32,000 nucleotides of DNA from Dickeya solani IPO 2222 (GCF_001644705.1 NZ_CP015137.1:3510001-3542000), one strand, 5' to 3'. Positions 1 to 9,378 are shown, counted from the first letter of the stretch. Notes: generated by a model not told the origin, from the letters alone. A program made the numbers and translations.

Positions 1-742
1 TGGTGATGGCGGAAATGACGGAAGAATCCAGCCCACCGGACAGCAGTACGCCGTAAGGAACATCGGACATCAGGTGGCTTTTCACCGATTCTTCCAGCGC
101 TTCTCGCAGTTCGTCGGCGTCGGTGACGTTGTCTTTAACGTTGTCGTAATCGAACCAGTCGCGACGATAGTATTCGCGAATCTCGCCGTCCTGACTCCAC
201 AGGTAGCTGCCGGCCGGGAATTCTTTGATGGTGCGGCACACCGGCACCAGCGCTTTCATCTCGGACGCCACGTAGAAGTTGCCGTGTTCGTCGTAGCCCA
301 TATAAAGCGGGATGATGCCCAGGTGGTCACGGCCGATCAGATACGCGTCTTTTTCGCTGTCATACAGGGCAAAGGCGAACATGCCGCGCAGATCGTCCAG
401 GAATTCCGGACCTTTTTCCTGATACAGCGCCAGAATCACTTCGCAGTCGGAACCGGTCTGGAACTGATAGCGGTCGCCGTATTGCTGACGCAGAGCCTGA
501 TGGTTGTAAATTTCGCCGTTCACGGCCAGAACGTGGGTGTGCGCCTGGTTGTAGAGCGGTTGAGCGCCGGTGTTGACGTCGACGATGGACAGACGCTCAT
601 GGGCCAGAATGGCTTTGTCACTGGCGTAAACGCCAGACCAGTCCGGGCCGCGGTGGCGCATCAGACGGGACAATTCCAGCGCTTTCTTGCGCAATTCAAC
701 CGGATCGGTTTTCAGATCAAGCACACCAAAAATAGAACACAT
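1..742 (-). CDS. asnB: asparagine synthetase B (glutamine-hydrolysing), N-terminal part; the 3' end lies beyond the window edge
   Basis: Reverse-strand translation from the ATG at 742..740 reads MCSIFGVLDLKTDPVELRKKALELSRLMRHRGPDWSGVYASDKAILAHERLSIVDVNTGAQPLYN... This is the Cys2 amidotransferase N-terminus of AsnB. The frame stays open to base 1, ending ...PYGVLLSGGLDSSVISAIT (SGGLDS PP-loop). A GGGAG Shine-Dalgarno sits 8 nt upstream. It is absent from the ORF track because no stop codon lies inside the window. The track ORF 74..778(+) is its antisense shadow. Confidence 0.93.
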   Translation of the reverse strand, partial: MCSIFGVLDLKTDPVELRKKALELSRLMRHRGPDWSGVYASDKAILAHERLSIVDVNTGAQPLYNQAHTHVLAVNGEIYNHQALRQQYGDRYQFQTGSDCEVILALYQEKGPEFLDDLRGMFAFALYDSEKDAYLIGRDHLGIIPLYMGYDEHGNFYVASEMKALVPVCRTIKEFPAGSYLWSQDGEIREYYRRDWFDYDNVKDNVTDADELREALEESVKSHLMSDVPYGVLLSGGLDSSVISAIT

Positions 743-980
743 ACAAGAGGCTCCCTTTATCCACGCATCACAGCGTGAAACAGTCAAAGTGTATGGCGGT
801 AATCAGCGCTTTTCCTTGCCGTATCTCACCTCAGAGGGTGACTCGCCGCCGTATCGGTAACACTGATTTAGCATCAAAAGGGGATGCTAGTTCAATATCA
901 TTTAATGAAAAAAGCCATTGTGCTGGTGAATGTGTAATTTTCGGTGTGATTTATTGGGTTTTATTCAAAACGGCAGAGAG

Positions 981-1018
981 AAGGCGCCGGATTTTTAGCG
1001 ATCTCATAATCCGGCCTT
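981..1018 (-). terminator. possible terminator hairpin downstream of nagC
   Basis: The minus strand reads AAGGCCGGAT-(16 nt loop)-ATCCGGCGCCTT followed by CTCTCTGCCGTTTTGAATAAAA, starting 18 nt after the nagC stop. The stem is imperfect (one bulge), the loop is long and the T-run is weak. Confidence 0.3.
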
Positions 1019-1035
1019 ATAGCAGAAAGCTAAAC

Positions 1036-2259
1036 CTACTGATTTTCAAGCAGTCGCTGCAGTAATACGCCATTAAGCATCGAGCGTTTCACCAGCGCAA
1101 AAGCGCCGATGGCGGATAAGTGCTGCAGTTCGGAAACCACTACCGGCAGGTTTTGCCGAAAGTCTTTCAGCACCTGTGCGTTGATGCAGCGTTGAATGGC
1201 GGGCAGCAGAATCTTGTCCGCGCCGGTAATTTCACCGGCGATGACCACCCGTTGCGGATTGAACAGGTTGACGGCAATCGAAATGGCTTTGCCCAAATGC
1301 TGCCCGGCAGCTTCGATCAGTTCGCGGGCGAGCAGGTCACCCCGGTTGGCGGCTTTGCAGATAGCGGCGATCTGGCAGTTATCCAGCGTCAGCTTGCTGG
1401 GAAATCCCTGCTGCAGTAAATGGCGCGCCCGTTGCTCCAGCGCGCCGTTCGACACCACCGTTTCCAGACAACCAAAGTTGCCGCAGTGGCAGCGGTCGCC
1501 CAACGGATCGATCTGAATATGACCGATTTCCCCAACGTTACTGTTGCTGCCAAGAAAGATTTTTCCGTTGACCAGAATGCCGGCGCCCACGCCGCGATGA
1601 ACCCGCACCAGCAGCGAATCCTGACAGTCTCGGGTCGCGCCGAAGTAATGCTCGGCCAGAGCCAGACTGCGAATATCATGGCCGACGAAGCTGTGCACCT
1701 TGAAATGACGTTCGAGATTATCCACCAACGGCCAGTTGTTCACGCTGATGTGCGGCATATAACGCACTACGCCGGCGATGGGGTCGACCAGCCCCGGCAG
1801 CACCACTGAAATGGCGATTAACTCGCGGATACGGCGTTGGTGACGGTCGATAAATTGGTCGATAACAGTGAACAGCGCGCTTTCCAGCGTGTCCTGGGTG
1901 TTTTCCGGCAGGTTGCAGTGCTCTTCCTCCAGCCGTTTTCCCTGTAGGTCGTATAAGGCGAGGGTGGCGTCGTGGCGGCCAAGCCGCACCGCAACGGTAT
2001 GAAACGGCCGTGTTTCGGAAATGATGGAAATGGCGCGGCGCCCGCCGGTCGACGCTTGCTGATCCACTTCTTTGATCAGGCCGCGTTCCAGCAACTGACG
2101 GGTAATTTTAGTGACACTGGCGGGAGCGAGCTGGCTCTGCTCTGAAATCTGAATCCGGGAAATGGGGCCATGCTGGTCAATCAGGCGGTACACGGCCGCA
2201 CTGTTGAGTTGTTTGACCAGATCAATGTTCCCAATCTGGGTTTGTCCGCCTGTGGTCAT
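1036..2259 (-). CDS. nagC: N-acetylglucosamine repressor NagC (ROK family, N-terminal wHTH)
   Basis: 407-aa ORF beginning MTTGGQTQIGNIDLVKQLNSAAVYRLIDQHGPISRIQISEQSQLAPASVTKITRQLLERGLI. It is collinear with E. coli NagC as I recall it. The ROK Zn motif is present (CHCGNFGCLE). It sits in the nagB-A-C operon position. Confidence 0.95.
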   Translation of the reverse strand: MTTGGQTQIGNIDLVKQLNSAAVYRLIDQHGPISRIQISEQSQLAPASVTKITRQLLERGLIKEVDQQASTGGRRAISIISETRPFHTVAVRLGRHDATLALYDLQGKRLEEEHCNLPENTQDTLESALFTVIDQFIDRHQRRIRELIAISVVLPGLVDPIAGVVRYMPHISVNNWPLVDNLERHFKVHSFVGHDIRSLALAEHYFGATRDCQDSLLVRVHRGVGAGILVNGKIFLGSNSNVGEIGHIQIDPLGDRCHCGNFGCLETVVSNGALEQRARHLLQQGFPSKLTLDNCQIAAICKAANRGDLLARELIEAAGQHLGKAISIAVNLFNPQRVVIAGEITGADKILLPAIQRCINAQVLKDFRQNLPVVVSELQHLSAIGAFALVKRSMLNGVLLQRLLENQ

Positions 2260-2288
2260 GACGCGTTACTCGTGTCGATGCAATACGT

Positions 2289-3440
2289 TTACTGTTTATG
2301 AAAGACTTCTTCACCATTCACAAACGTATTGAGGATGTCAAAATCGCGGGTCAATACCGTCAGGTTAGCCACGTAGCCCGTCTCGATGCTTCCCAGTCGG
2401 TGGTCTTCTCCGATGGCTCTCGCCGGGTAGAGCGTCGCCATTCTTAGCGCCTCGTCCAGCGCGATACCCGCGTGTTCTACGCAATTGCGCACCGCATCGA
2501 TCATGGTGAGCGCCGAACCGCTCAGGGTGCCGTGCTCATCCACGCAAATGCCGTCGCGGTAGTATATGGTTTTACCGGCAAATGTGAACCGGTCGATGTC
2601 AGAGCCGGCCGGTGCGGTGGCGTCGGTTACCAGCACCAGTTTATCGCCCTTGATGCGTTTGCTGTTGCGGATGTTGGCCCAACTGACATGGTGGCCGTCG
2701 GCGATGATGCCGCAGTAGACTTCCGGCGCGTCATAGATGGCGCCGACCAGACCGGGCTCGCGCCCGGTAAGGGCCGGCATGGCGTTGAACAGGTGAGTGG
2801 CAAAGCGGATACCGGCGGCAAAGCCTTGTTTAGCTTGTTCCCAGGTGGCGTTGGAGTGACCGGCGGACACCACGATGCCCGCGGTGGTCAGTTGCCGGAT
2901 GACCGCCGCCGACACCATTTCCGGCGCCAGCGTGATTTTGCTGATTACATCGGCGTTATCGCACAGATAATTGAGCAATGACTCGTCCGGCTGGCGGATA
3001 AAGGCGGCGTCATGGGTGCCTTTTTTTACCGGGTTGAGCCAGGGACCTTCCAGATGTAGCCCAAGCGCCTGATGGCGATGCTGGGCGAGCCAGGCGCGCA
3101 TCACGCCGAGGCTGTGGCGCATGAATTCGTCGGAGGAGGTGATCAGCGTCGGCAAAAAGCTGGTACAGCCGGATTTTTCATTGGCCCGCTGCATGGTTTC
3201 CAACGTTTTGACGGAAAGGCTGTTCAGCGCGTCGTTGAACTGGACGCCGCCACAGCCGTTCAATTGCAAGTCGATAAAGCCAGGGGCCAGTAACGCGCCG
3301 GCGAGATCGCGCTGGGGCAGGTTGTCAGGCAGTTCGCGTGTTGGGCAGACTGCCTCGATCAAACCGTCGGCGACGACGACCGCGTGGCCGTCAAGGATCT
3401 GATGGCCGGTAAAAATACGGCCGTTGGTTAAAGCGTACAT
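2289..3440 (-). CDS. nagA: N-acetylglucosamine-6-phosphate deacetylase
   Basis: 383-aa ORF beginning [26 protein letters not shown]...[12 protein letters not shown]...SAGHSNAT. It is near-identical in pattern to E. coli NagA and lies between nagB and nagC. Confidence 0.96.
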   Translation of the reverse strand: MYALTNGRIFTGHQILDGHAVVVADGLIEAVCPTRELPDNLPQRDLAGALLAPGFIDLQLNGCGGVQFNDALNSLSVKTLETMQRANEKSGCTSFLPTLITSSDEFMRHSLGVMRAWLAQHRHQALGLHLEGPWLNPVKKGTHDAAFIRQPDESLLNYLCDNADVISKITLAPEMVSAAVIRQLTTAGIVVSAGHSNATWEQAKQGFAAGIRFATHLFNAMPALTGREPGLVGAIYDAPEVYCGIIADGHHVSWANIRNSKRIKGDKLVLVTDATAPAGSDIDRFTFAGKTIYYRDGICVDEHGTLSGSALTMIDAVRNCVEHAGIALDEALRMATLYPARAIGEDHRLGSIETGYVANLTVLTRDFDILNTFVNGEEVFHKQ

Positions 3441-3462
3441 CTATAAGCTCCTGGCTCACCGA

Positions 3463-4263
3463 TTACAGATTTTTGAGATTTTCAGCTTCCAGCTCGCGGA
3501 AATATTTCACGGTTTTCACTTTCAGCTCCATCGTGGACGGTTCGTCGCACACCATCAGTGCTCTGGCGTGCAACTGCAGGCAACTGATGGTCCACATGTG
3601 GTTAACGTTGCCTTCCACCGCGGCCTGAAGCGCCTGCGCCTTATGGCGGCCGCTGACCAGAATCATCACTTCTTCCGCATCCAGTAAGGTACCGACACCC
3701 ACCGTCAGCGCATATTTGGGCACTTGGCTGACGTCGCCGCCAAAGAAACGGGAATTGGCGATACGGGTCTCTTCCGTCAGGGTCTTGATGCGTGTACGGG
3801 ACACCAGAGAAGACGCCGGTTCGTTGAAAGCGATGTGGCCATCATTGCCGACGCCGCCCATGAACAGATGAATCTTGCCGTAAGACTTGATTTTTTCTTC
3901 GTAACGCTGACACTCAGTGGCGATATCTTCCGCGTTGCCATTCAACAGGTTAATGTTTCTTTCCGGAATATCAACGTGATTGAAAAAATTCTCGAACATA
4001 AAGGTGCGGTAGCTTTCCGGATGGTTCGCCGGCAGCCCGACGTATTCATCCATATTGAAAGTGACGACATGTTTGAAGCTGACCTGGCCGGCATCGTACA
4101 ACGCAATCAGGGATTTGTAGGCTTCCAGCGGCGAGCTGCCGGTCGGCAGGCCGAGCACGAATGGGCGCTCCGCCGTTGGGTTGAAGGCCTTGATGCGCTC
4201 GGCGATATAGCGGGCGGCCCATTTGCCAACCTCGGCGGGGGTTGTTAGCGGAATCAGTCTCAT
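3463..4263 (-). CDS. nagB: glucosamine-6-phosphate deaminase
   Basis: The track ORF reaches 4281 ([12 protein letters not shown]...). The E. coli-like N-terminus [20 protein letters not shown] starts at the ATG 4263..4261, which has GGAGAG 5 nt upstream. This gives 266 aa. Confidence 0.94.
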   Translation of the reverse strand: MRLIPLTTPAEVGKWAARYIAERIKAFNPTAERPFVLGLPTGSSPLEAYKSLIALYDAGQVSFKHVVTFNMDEYVGLPANHPESYRTFMFENFFNHVDIPERNINLLNGNAEDIATECQRYEEKIKSYGKIHLFMGGVGNDGHIAFNEPASSLVSRTRIKTLTEETRIANSRFFGGDVSQVPKYALTVGVGTLLDAEEVMILVSGRHKAQALQAAVEGNVNHMWTISCLQLHARALMVCDEPSTMELKVKTVKYFRELEAENLKNL

Positions 4264-4455
4264 GGGGCTCTCCTTAAGCAATTGGTTAGCGAAGGCAATT
4301 ATTCATCGGGCAAACGCGGTCAGATAGCATGGCCGTCAAGTAATATGCCCACATAGCGTTTCGGAATTTATCTGGGGCTAGTGTAGCGCGTTTTTTTTAG
4401 TCTTAAAATAAGTTGTATTAATGTCATGCCATAAACTTTTTGTATGTGCTTTTGT

Positions 4456-4471
4456 GGTGATAACTATCACA
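4456..4471. promoter_or_regulatory. CRP (cAMP receptor protein) site in the divergent nagB/nagE control region
   Basis: GGTGA-TAACTA-TCACA matches the TGTGA-N6-TCACA consensus at 9 of 10 positions. E. coli has a CRP site between its two nag operators in the equivalent intergenic region. Confidence 0.55.
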
Positions 4472-4484
4472 TAATCATCGTTAT

Positions 4485-4503
4485 TAATTTGCGTAACGAA
4501 TTA
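4485..4503. promoter_or_regulatory. NagC/Mlc-type operator candidate (nagE-proximal)
   Basis: TAATTTGCGTAACGAATTA has AT-rich inverted arms (TAATT...AATTA) flanking a CG-containing core, the general architecture of NagC operators. It lies 14 bp from the CRP site. I could not identify the expected second (nagB-proximal) operator convincingly. Confidence 0.4.
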
Positions 4504-4602
4504 TTTTTTTGGCACTCTTGCCAGGCCCACATGGCTGGCGGGTGATTCTCTATAACAAGGCTGACAGACAATTTTTTGCCCGTAAGGGAAAGAGAGGGGA
4601 AG

Positions 4603-6075
4603 GTGAGTACACTCGGTTATTTACAAAAAGTAGGCCGCGCCCTGATGGTGCCGGTCGCCACGTTGCCCGCAGCCGCCATCCTGATGGGGGTGGGGTACTG
4701 GATTGATCCGGTTGGCTGGGGCAGTGAAAGCGCGCTGGCCGCGCTGCTGATTAAGTCCGGCGCCGCCATTATCGAACATATGGCGGTGCTGTTTGCGGTC
4801 GGCGTCGCCTACGGTATGTCGAAAGATAAAGACGGTGCGGCGGCGTTGTCCGGCTTTGTCGGCTATCTGGTGCTGACCACGCTGTGTTCGCCTGCGGCGG
4901 TATCGATGATTCAGCACATCCCTCTGGCGGAGGTGCCAAAAGCGTTCGGTAAGATTGAAAACCAGTTCATCGGTATTCTGGTCGGGATCATTTCCGCCGA
5001 ACTGTACAACCGTTACAGCCAGGTTGAATTGCCCAAGGCGCTCTCCTTTTTCAGCGGTCGCCGTCTGGTGCCGATTCTGGTCTCGATGCTGATGATCGTA
5101 GTGGCGTTTGTGCTGATGTACGTCTGGCCGATGATCTACAACGCGCTGGTTTCCTTTGGCGAGCATATTCAGCAACTGGGATCGGTCGGCGCCGGTATCT
5201 ATGCCTTCTTTAACCGTCTGCTGATTCCGGTGGGGCTGCACCATGCGCTGAACTCGGTATTCTGGTTTGACGTGGCCGGCATCAACGATATTCCTAATTT
5301 CCTCAGTGGGCAGCAGGCGATTGATGCCGGCAAAGCCGTTCCCGGTATTACCGGGCGCTATCAGGCCGGTTTCTTCCCGATCATGATGTTCGGTTTGCCG
5401 GGTGCGGCGCTGGCGATTTATCACTGCGCCCGTCCGGAAAACCGTAGCCGGGTCGCGGGGATCATGGTGGCGGCGGCGTTTGCGGCCTTCTTCACCGGCA
5501 TTACCGAACCGCTGGAGTTCTCCTTCATGTTTGTGGCGCCAGTGCTGTATGTGCTGCACGCCGTACTGACCGGAATTTCGGTATTCATCGCGGCCAGCAT
5601 GCACTGGATTGCCGGTTTTGGTTTCAGCGCTGGTCTGGTGGATATGGTGCTGTCTTCGCGTAACCCGCTGGCGACGCACTGGTACATGCTGCTGCTTCAG
5701 GGCGCCGCGTTCTTCGTCATCTATTATGTGGTGTTCCGCTTCACCATCACCCGTTTTAACCTGATGACGCCGGGGCGTGAAGCCGCTGTGACGCCGGCTT
5801 CATCTGAGGGTGTCGCAGCCCCTGCCGGCAACAACCAGTCGGTGGCGCGAGGTTACCTGCAGGCTATCGGCGGCAAGGATAATCTGACCGGAATTGATGC
5901 CTGTATTACCCGTTTGCGCCTGAGCGTGAAGGATTCCAGCCTGGTGGATGAGCCCACGGCGCGTAAGTTGGGGGCGGCCGGGGTCATCCGTCTCAACAAG
6001 CAGAGCGTGCAGATTGTGGTTGGCACGCAGGCGGAAAACCTCGCGGCGGCGTTACGCGAGGTATCGCAGGAATAA
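4603..6075 (+). CDS. nagE: PTS N-acetylglucosamine-family transporter, IIC-IIB domains only (no IIA domain)
   Basis: The track ORF starts at a TTG at 4576. The GTG at 4603 has AGAGAGGGGAAG immediately upstream and gives (M)[31 protein letters not shown], a typical EIIC-Glc-family N-terminus. The C-terminus carries the EIIB cysteine motif ([11 protein letters not shown]) and the ORF then ends. It is divergent from nagBAC as in E. coli. Confidence 0.85.
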   Translation: MSTLGYLQKVGRALMVPVATLPAAAILMGVGYWIDPVGWGSESALAALLIKSGAAIIEHMAVLFAVGVAYGMSKDKDGAAALSGFVGYLVLTTLCSPAAVSMIQHIPLAEVPKAFGKIENQFIGILVGIISAELYNRYSQVELPKALSFFSGRRLVPILVSMLMIVVAFVLMYVWPMIYNALVSFGEHIQQLGSVGAGIYAFFNRLLIPVGLHHALNSVFWFDVAGINDIPNFLSGQQAIDAGKAVPGITGRYQAGFFPIMMFGLPGAALAIYHCARPENRSRVAGIMVAAAFAAFFTGITEPLEFSFMFVAPVLYVLHAVLTGISVFIAASMHWIAGFGFSAGLVDMVLSSRNPLATHWYMLLLQGAAFFVIYYVVFRFTITRFNLMTPGREAAVTPASSEGVAAPAGNNQSVARGYLQAIGGKDNLTGIDACITRLRLSVKDSSLVDEPTARKLGAAGVIRLNKQSVQIVVGTQAENLAAALREVSQE

Positions 6076-6106
6076 TTCGGCGGGCGCATCGCCGTCAGCT
6101 GTCGGG

Positions 6107-6142
6107 AAACGGAGCATACGGAGACGTATGCTCCGTTTTTTT
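6107..6142 (+). terminator. intrinsic terminator of nagE
   Basis: AAACGGAGCATACG-GAGA-CGTATGCTCCGTTT followed by a T-run (TTTTTTT), 32 nt after the nagE stop. Confidence 0.8.
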
Positions 6143-6238
6143 ATCTTAAACTTTCGTGAAACAAACGGTTGTTTCCCGGCGTGGCTTGTTGGATCATTAG
6201 TGGTTATGGGTTGTTTTTTCGCATTTGAGGAACCAAGC

Positions 6239-7897
6239 ATGAGTGAGGCTGAAGCCCGCCCAACCAACTTTATTCGCCAGATTATTGATGAAGATTTGGC
6301 TACCGGCAAACACGACCATATTCAGACGCGTTTTCCGCCGGAACCGAATGGCTATCTGCACATTGGTCACGCCAAATCCATCTGCCTGAACTTTGGCATT
6401 GCCGAGGATTACAACGGCAAGTGCAACCTGCGCTTTGATGACACCAACCCGGTAAAAGAAGATATCGAGTACGTTGACTCCATCAAGCATGACGTTCAGT
6501 GGCTGGGTTTTTCCTGGAGCGACAACGTTCGCTACTCATCTGATTATTTTGATCAGCTGCACTTTTACGCGATTGAACTGATTAATAAAGGGTTGGCGTA
6601 TGTCGATGAGTTGACGCCGGAGCAGATCCGCGAATACCGCGGCACCCTGACCTCGCCGGGTAAAAACAGCCCGTTCCGTGACCGTAGTGTCGAAGAAAAC
6701 CTGACGCTGTTCGAGAAAATGCGCGGCGGTGGTTTCGCCGAAGGCACGGCGTGCCTGCGCGCCAAAATCGATATGGCGTCGCCGTTCATCGTTATGCGCG
6801 ATCCGGTGCTGTACCGCATCAAATTTGCCGAACATCATCAGACCGGCAACAAGTGGTGCATCTACCCGATGTACGACTTCACCCACTGTATTTCCGATGC
6901 GCTGGAAGGTATCACCCACTCACTGTGTACGCTGGAATTCCAGGATAACCGCCGCCTGTATGACTGGGTGCTGGATAATATCTCCATTCCTGCCCACCCG
7001 CGGCAGTACGAGTTTTCCCGCCTGAATCTGGAATACGCGGTAATGTCCAAGCGTAAACTAAACCAGCTGGTGAGCGAGAACGTGGTGGAAGGCTGGAGCG
7101 ATCCGCGTATGCCGACGATCTCCGGCTTGCGCCGTCGCGGATACACGGCGGCGTCCATTCGTGAGTTCTGTCGTCGTATCGGCGTCACCAAGCAGGACAA
7201 CACCGTGGAGATGGCGGCGCTGGAATCTTGCATTCGCGACGACCTGAACGAGAATGCGCCACGTGCGATGGCGGTGCTGGATCCGGTGAAAGTGGTGCTT
7301 GAGAACCTGCCGGTAGGGCATGAAGAGTGGCTCACCATGCCCAATCACCCCAATAAACCGGAAATGGGATCGCGTCAGGTGGCGTTCAGCCGCGAGGTGT
7401 ATATCGATCGCGCTGATTTCCGCGAAGAAGCCAACAAACAGTACAAGCGTCTGGTGTTGGGTAAAGAAGTGCGCCTGCGTAACGCCTATGTCATTAAAGC
7501 CGATCGGATTGATAAAGACGAGCAGGGCGTGATCACCACGATTTACTGCAGCTGCGATACGGAAACCCTGAGTAAGGATCCGGCGGATGGTCGCAAGGTG
7601 AAAGGCGTGATCCACTGGGTCTCGGCGGCTCATGCGCTGCCGGCGCAGTTCCGTCTTTATGACCGTTTGTTCAGCGTGGCTAATCCTGGCGGGGCGGAAG
7701 ATTTTCTCTCCACCATCAACCCAGACTCACTGACTGTCGCCCAGGGCTTTGTTGAAGCCGGTTTGGGTCAGGCTGAAGCAGAAAAAGCCTACCAGTTTGA
7801 GCGTGAAGGGTATTTCTGCGCCGATCGCGTTTATTCCAGCGCGGATAATCTGGTGTTCAACCGGACAGTTGGCCTGCGGGACAGTTGGGCGGGCTGA
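6239..7897 (+). CDS. glnS: glutamine--tRNA ligase
   Basis: The track ORF (from 5948) is over-extended through the nagE 3' end and its terminator. The E. coli-like N-terminus [25 protein letters not shown] starts at ATG 6239. The class I HIGH motif ([12 protein letters not shown]) and MSK motif (VMSKRK) are present. Length is 552 aa. Confidence 0.96.
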   Translation: MSEAEARPTNFIRQIIDEDLATGKHDHIQTRFPPEPNGYLHIGHAKSICLNFGIAEDYNGKCNLRFDDTNPVKEDIEYVDSIKHDVQWLGFSWSDNVRYSSDYFDQLHFYAIELINKGLAYVDELTPEQIREYRGTLTSPGKNSPFRDRSVEENLTLFEKMRGGGFAEGTACLRAKIDMASPFIVMRDPVLYRIKFAEHHQTGNKWCIYPMYDFTHCISDALEGITHSLCTLEFQDNRRLYDWVLDNISIPAHPRQYEFSRLNLEYAVMSKRKLNQLVSENVVEGWSDPRMPTISGLRRRGYTAASIREFCRRIGVTKQDNTVEMAALESCIRDDLNENAPRAMAVLDPVKVVLENLPVGHEEWLTMPNHPNKPEMGSRQVAFSREVYIDRADFREEANKQYKRLVLGKEVRLRNAYVIKADRIDKDEQGVITTIYCSCDTETLSKDPADGRKVKGVIHWVSAAHALPAQFRLYDRLFSVANPGGAEDFLSTINPDSLTVAQGFVEAGLGQAEAEKAYQFEREGYFCADRVYSSADNLVFNRTVGLRDSWAG

Positions 7898-7924
7898 CTG
7901 CCGCCCGGCTAGCGGGAACAAGAT

Positions 7925-7957
7925 AAAAATAAAACCGCCGCGGCGGTTTTATTTTTT
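7925..7957. terminator. bidirectional intrinsic terminator shared by convergent glnS and fur
   Basis: Perfect palindrome AAAACCGCCG|CGGCGGTTTT, flanked by an A-run on the left and ATTTTTT on the right. It lies between the glnS stop (7897) and the fur stop (7973). Confidence 0.8.
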
Positions 7958-7972
7958 CTCTGCATCAAGTGA

Positions 7973-8419
7973 TTAACGCTCGTTGTGCGCATTGTCGTCT
8001 TCACGGCAGTCGCCGTTACTGCAATGGCCGTACAAATACAGGCTGTGGTTGGTCAGTTTGATGCCGTGTTTCTCGGAGATTTCACGTTGGCGCACTTCGA
8101 TAGACTCGTCGCTGAATTCAATCACCCGACCGCAATCCAGACAGATCAGATGGTCATGGTGGTGCTGCTGCGTGAGTTCGAAAACCGACTTGCCGCCTTC
8201 GAAGTTATGACGGGTAACGATGCCGGCGTCGTCAAACTGGTTGAGCACGCGGTAAACGGTGGCCAGACCAATCTCTTCACCCATATCAATCAGCTTTTTG
8301 TATAAGTCTTCCGCGCTGACGTGGTGGCATTGAGGATCCTGAAGCACTTCCAGAATTTTCAGTCGTGGAAGTGTGACTTTCAGGCCGGCCTTCTTTAATG
8401 CGGTATTGTTGTCAGTCAT
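7973..8419 (-). CDS. fur: ferric uptake regulator
   Basis: 148 aa beginning MTDNNTALKKAGLKVTLPRLKILEVLQDPQCHHVSAEDLYKKLIDMGEEIGLATVYRVLNQFDDAGIV, with HHHDH and CxxC metal-site motifs. It is essentially collinear with E. coli Fur. Confidence 0.97.
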   Translation of the reverse strand: MTDNNTALKKAGLKVTLPRLKILEVLQDPQCHHVSAEDLYKKLIDMGEEIGLATVYRVLNQFDDAGIVTRHNFEGGKSVFELTQQHHHDHLICLDCGRVIEFSDESIEVRQREISEKHGIKLTNHSLYLYGHCSNGDCREDDNAHNER

Positions 8420-8495
8420 GCGGATTCAGTCCTGTTACTTGCTTTATCTGGGAGGCTATTAGCCTAGTATCATCGGTCGGCTTAAAAAAGGTCAC
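8412..8495 (-). CDS. tentative uof-like upstream ORF (27 aa) overlapping the fur start
   Basis: On the minus strand, GTG (8495..8493) opens a 28-codon frame, (M)TFFKPTDDTRLIASQIKQVTGLNPHD. It ends at a TGA 8 nt inside fur (ATGACTGA). E. coli has a 28-codon uof upstream of fur that couples fur translation. The frame and length correspondence is the only evidence. There is no clear SD, and the GTG lies only about 10 nt past the predicted -10. Confidence 0.35.
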   Translation of the reverse strand: MTFFKPTDDTRLIASQIKQVTGLNPHD

Positions 8496-8504
8496 TGTGT
8501 CTCA

Positions 8505-8532
8505 ATTATAGAACCGCACCGTCGAAATGAAA
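8505..8532 (-). promoter_or_regulatory. candidate sigma-70 promoter for fur
   Basis: The minus strand reads TTTCAT-N16-TATAAT (perfect -10 at 8510..8505), about 85 nt upstream of the fur ATG. Confidence 0.35.
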
Positions 8533-8677
8533 ACCACGGAACTTTTACAATATGATTCTTGCTAACTCGCTGTATTCAGACTTGTTCTCTGCGAGAGACA
8601 TATTGTACGCCAAGACAGGTCATTAAACGCAACCAAGCTGACCGTACGGGTATTGTACCCTGTCGGAATGAAAAGTT

Positions 8678-8754
8678 AAAAAAATGTATCACTGATTGTG
8701 ATAGGTTTTATCTATCTATATAGATATGGCTCTGAATACATCTGTATCAGAGCC
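8678..8754 (-). terminator. hairpin pair downstream of fldA (partial terminator or attenuator before fur)
   Basis: The minus strand reads GGCTCTGA-N10-TCAGAGCC (8754..8729), 10 nt after the fldA stop. It is followed by TATCAC-AATCA-GTGATA-CA-TTTTTTT (8703..8678). The second stem is AT-rich, so termination is probably leaky. This is consistent with the fldA-fur co-transcription known in E. coli. Confidence 0.4.
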
Positions 8755-8763
8755 ACAGGAGAA

Positions 8764-9291
8764 TCAGGCCTGCAGTGCTTTCAGGTTCAGCTCTTCGCTG
8801 ATTTGCTTGACCCAGTTGGAGACGCGTTCGCCGGTCAACTCCGGCTGACGATCTTCATCAATGGCCAGACCGATAAAGTGGGTATCATCCGCCAGACCTT
8901 TTGAGGCTTCAAAGTAATAGCCTTCGGTCGGCCAGTTACCGACAATATTGGCGCCACGCGGTTCGATGATATCGCGAAGGGTGCCCATGGCGTCACAGAA
9001 GTACTCCGCATAGTCTTCCTGATCGCCGCAACCGAAGATGGCGACCAGCTTGCCGGCAAAATCAATCTCTTCCAGCGTCGGGAAGAAGTCATCCCAGTCA
9101 CACTGCGCTTCACCGTAATACCAGGTTGGAATACCCAGCAGCAGAATGTCGAAACGCTCAAGATCTTCTTTGCTGCTTTTGGCAATGTCGTGCAGTTCGG
9201 CGACGTCGCTGCCCAGTTGCTTCTGGATCGTCTTGGCAATGTTTTCGGTATTGCCGGTGTCACTGCCAAAAAAAATGCCTATGAGAGCCAT
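8764..9291 (-). CDS. fldA: flavodoxin 1
   Basis: 175 aa beginning MALIGIFFGSDTGNTENIAKTIQKQLG...LLLGIPTWYYGEAQCDWDDFFPTLEEIDF. It is collinear with E. coli FldA. Confidence 0.96.
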   Translation of the reverse strand: MALIGIFFGSDTGNTENIAKTIQKQLGSDVAELHDIAKSSKEDLERFDILLLGIPTWYYGEAQCDWDDFFPTLEEIDFAGKLVAIFGCGDQEDYAEYFCDAMGTLRDIIEPRGANIVGNWPTEGYYFEASKGLADDTHFIGLAIDEDRQPELTGERVSNWVKQISEELNLKALQA

Positions 9292-9350
9292 AGATAAAAT
9301 AACCTCTTGATTCTTAAGGGTATGGTGCTTACATCACCCACGATCCGCTA

Positions 9351-9378
9351 ATAATAGCAGACACTGTCTGACGGATAA
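9351..9378 (-). promoter_or_regulatory. candidate fldA promoter with a palindrome in the spacer
   Basis: The minus strand reads TTATCC-N16-TATTAT. The 13-bp perfect palindrome CAGACACTGTCTG (9358..9370) fills the spacer. Confidence 0.3.

Noticed and set aside
775-1065. 96-aa ORF in the asnB-nagC spacer.
   Set aside because: It overlaps the nagC 3' end and the putative terminator on the opposite strand. It has no SD, atypical AT-rich codon usage and no recognisable motif.
4321-4420. Search for the second (nagB-proximal) NagC operator expected about 115 bp from the first.
   Set aside because: Several AT-rich stretches exist (for example AATTTATCTGGGGCTAGTGTAGCGCGTTTTTTTT), but none shows a convincing inverted-repeat operator pattern. 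I left it uncalled.
5948-6238. N-terminal 97-codon extension of the glnS ORF in the track. Analogous 5' extensions occur for kdpA (23654..23767), pxpA (29359..29493), seqA (13005..13037) and nagB (4264..4281).
   Set aside because: The extensions overlap upstream genes or terminators and lack SD sequences. In every case the conserved orthologue N-terminus begins at an internal ATG with a good SD. The kdpA extension overlaps kdpF in another frame.
8548-8566. Possible Fur box (minus strand GTTAGCAAGAATCATATTG) upstream of fur.
   Set aside because: It matches only about 11 of 19 positions of GATAATGATAATCATTATC. It also lies upstream of the predicted -35 rather than overlapping the promoter, so it is too weak to call.
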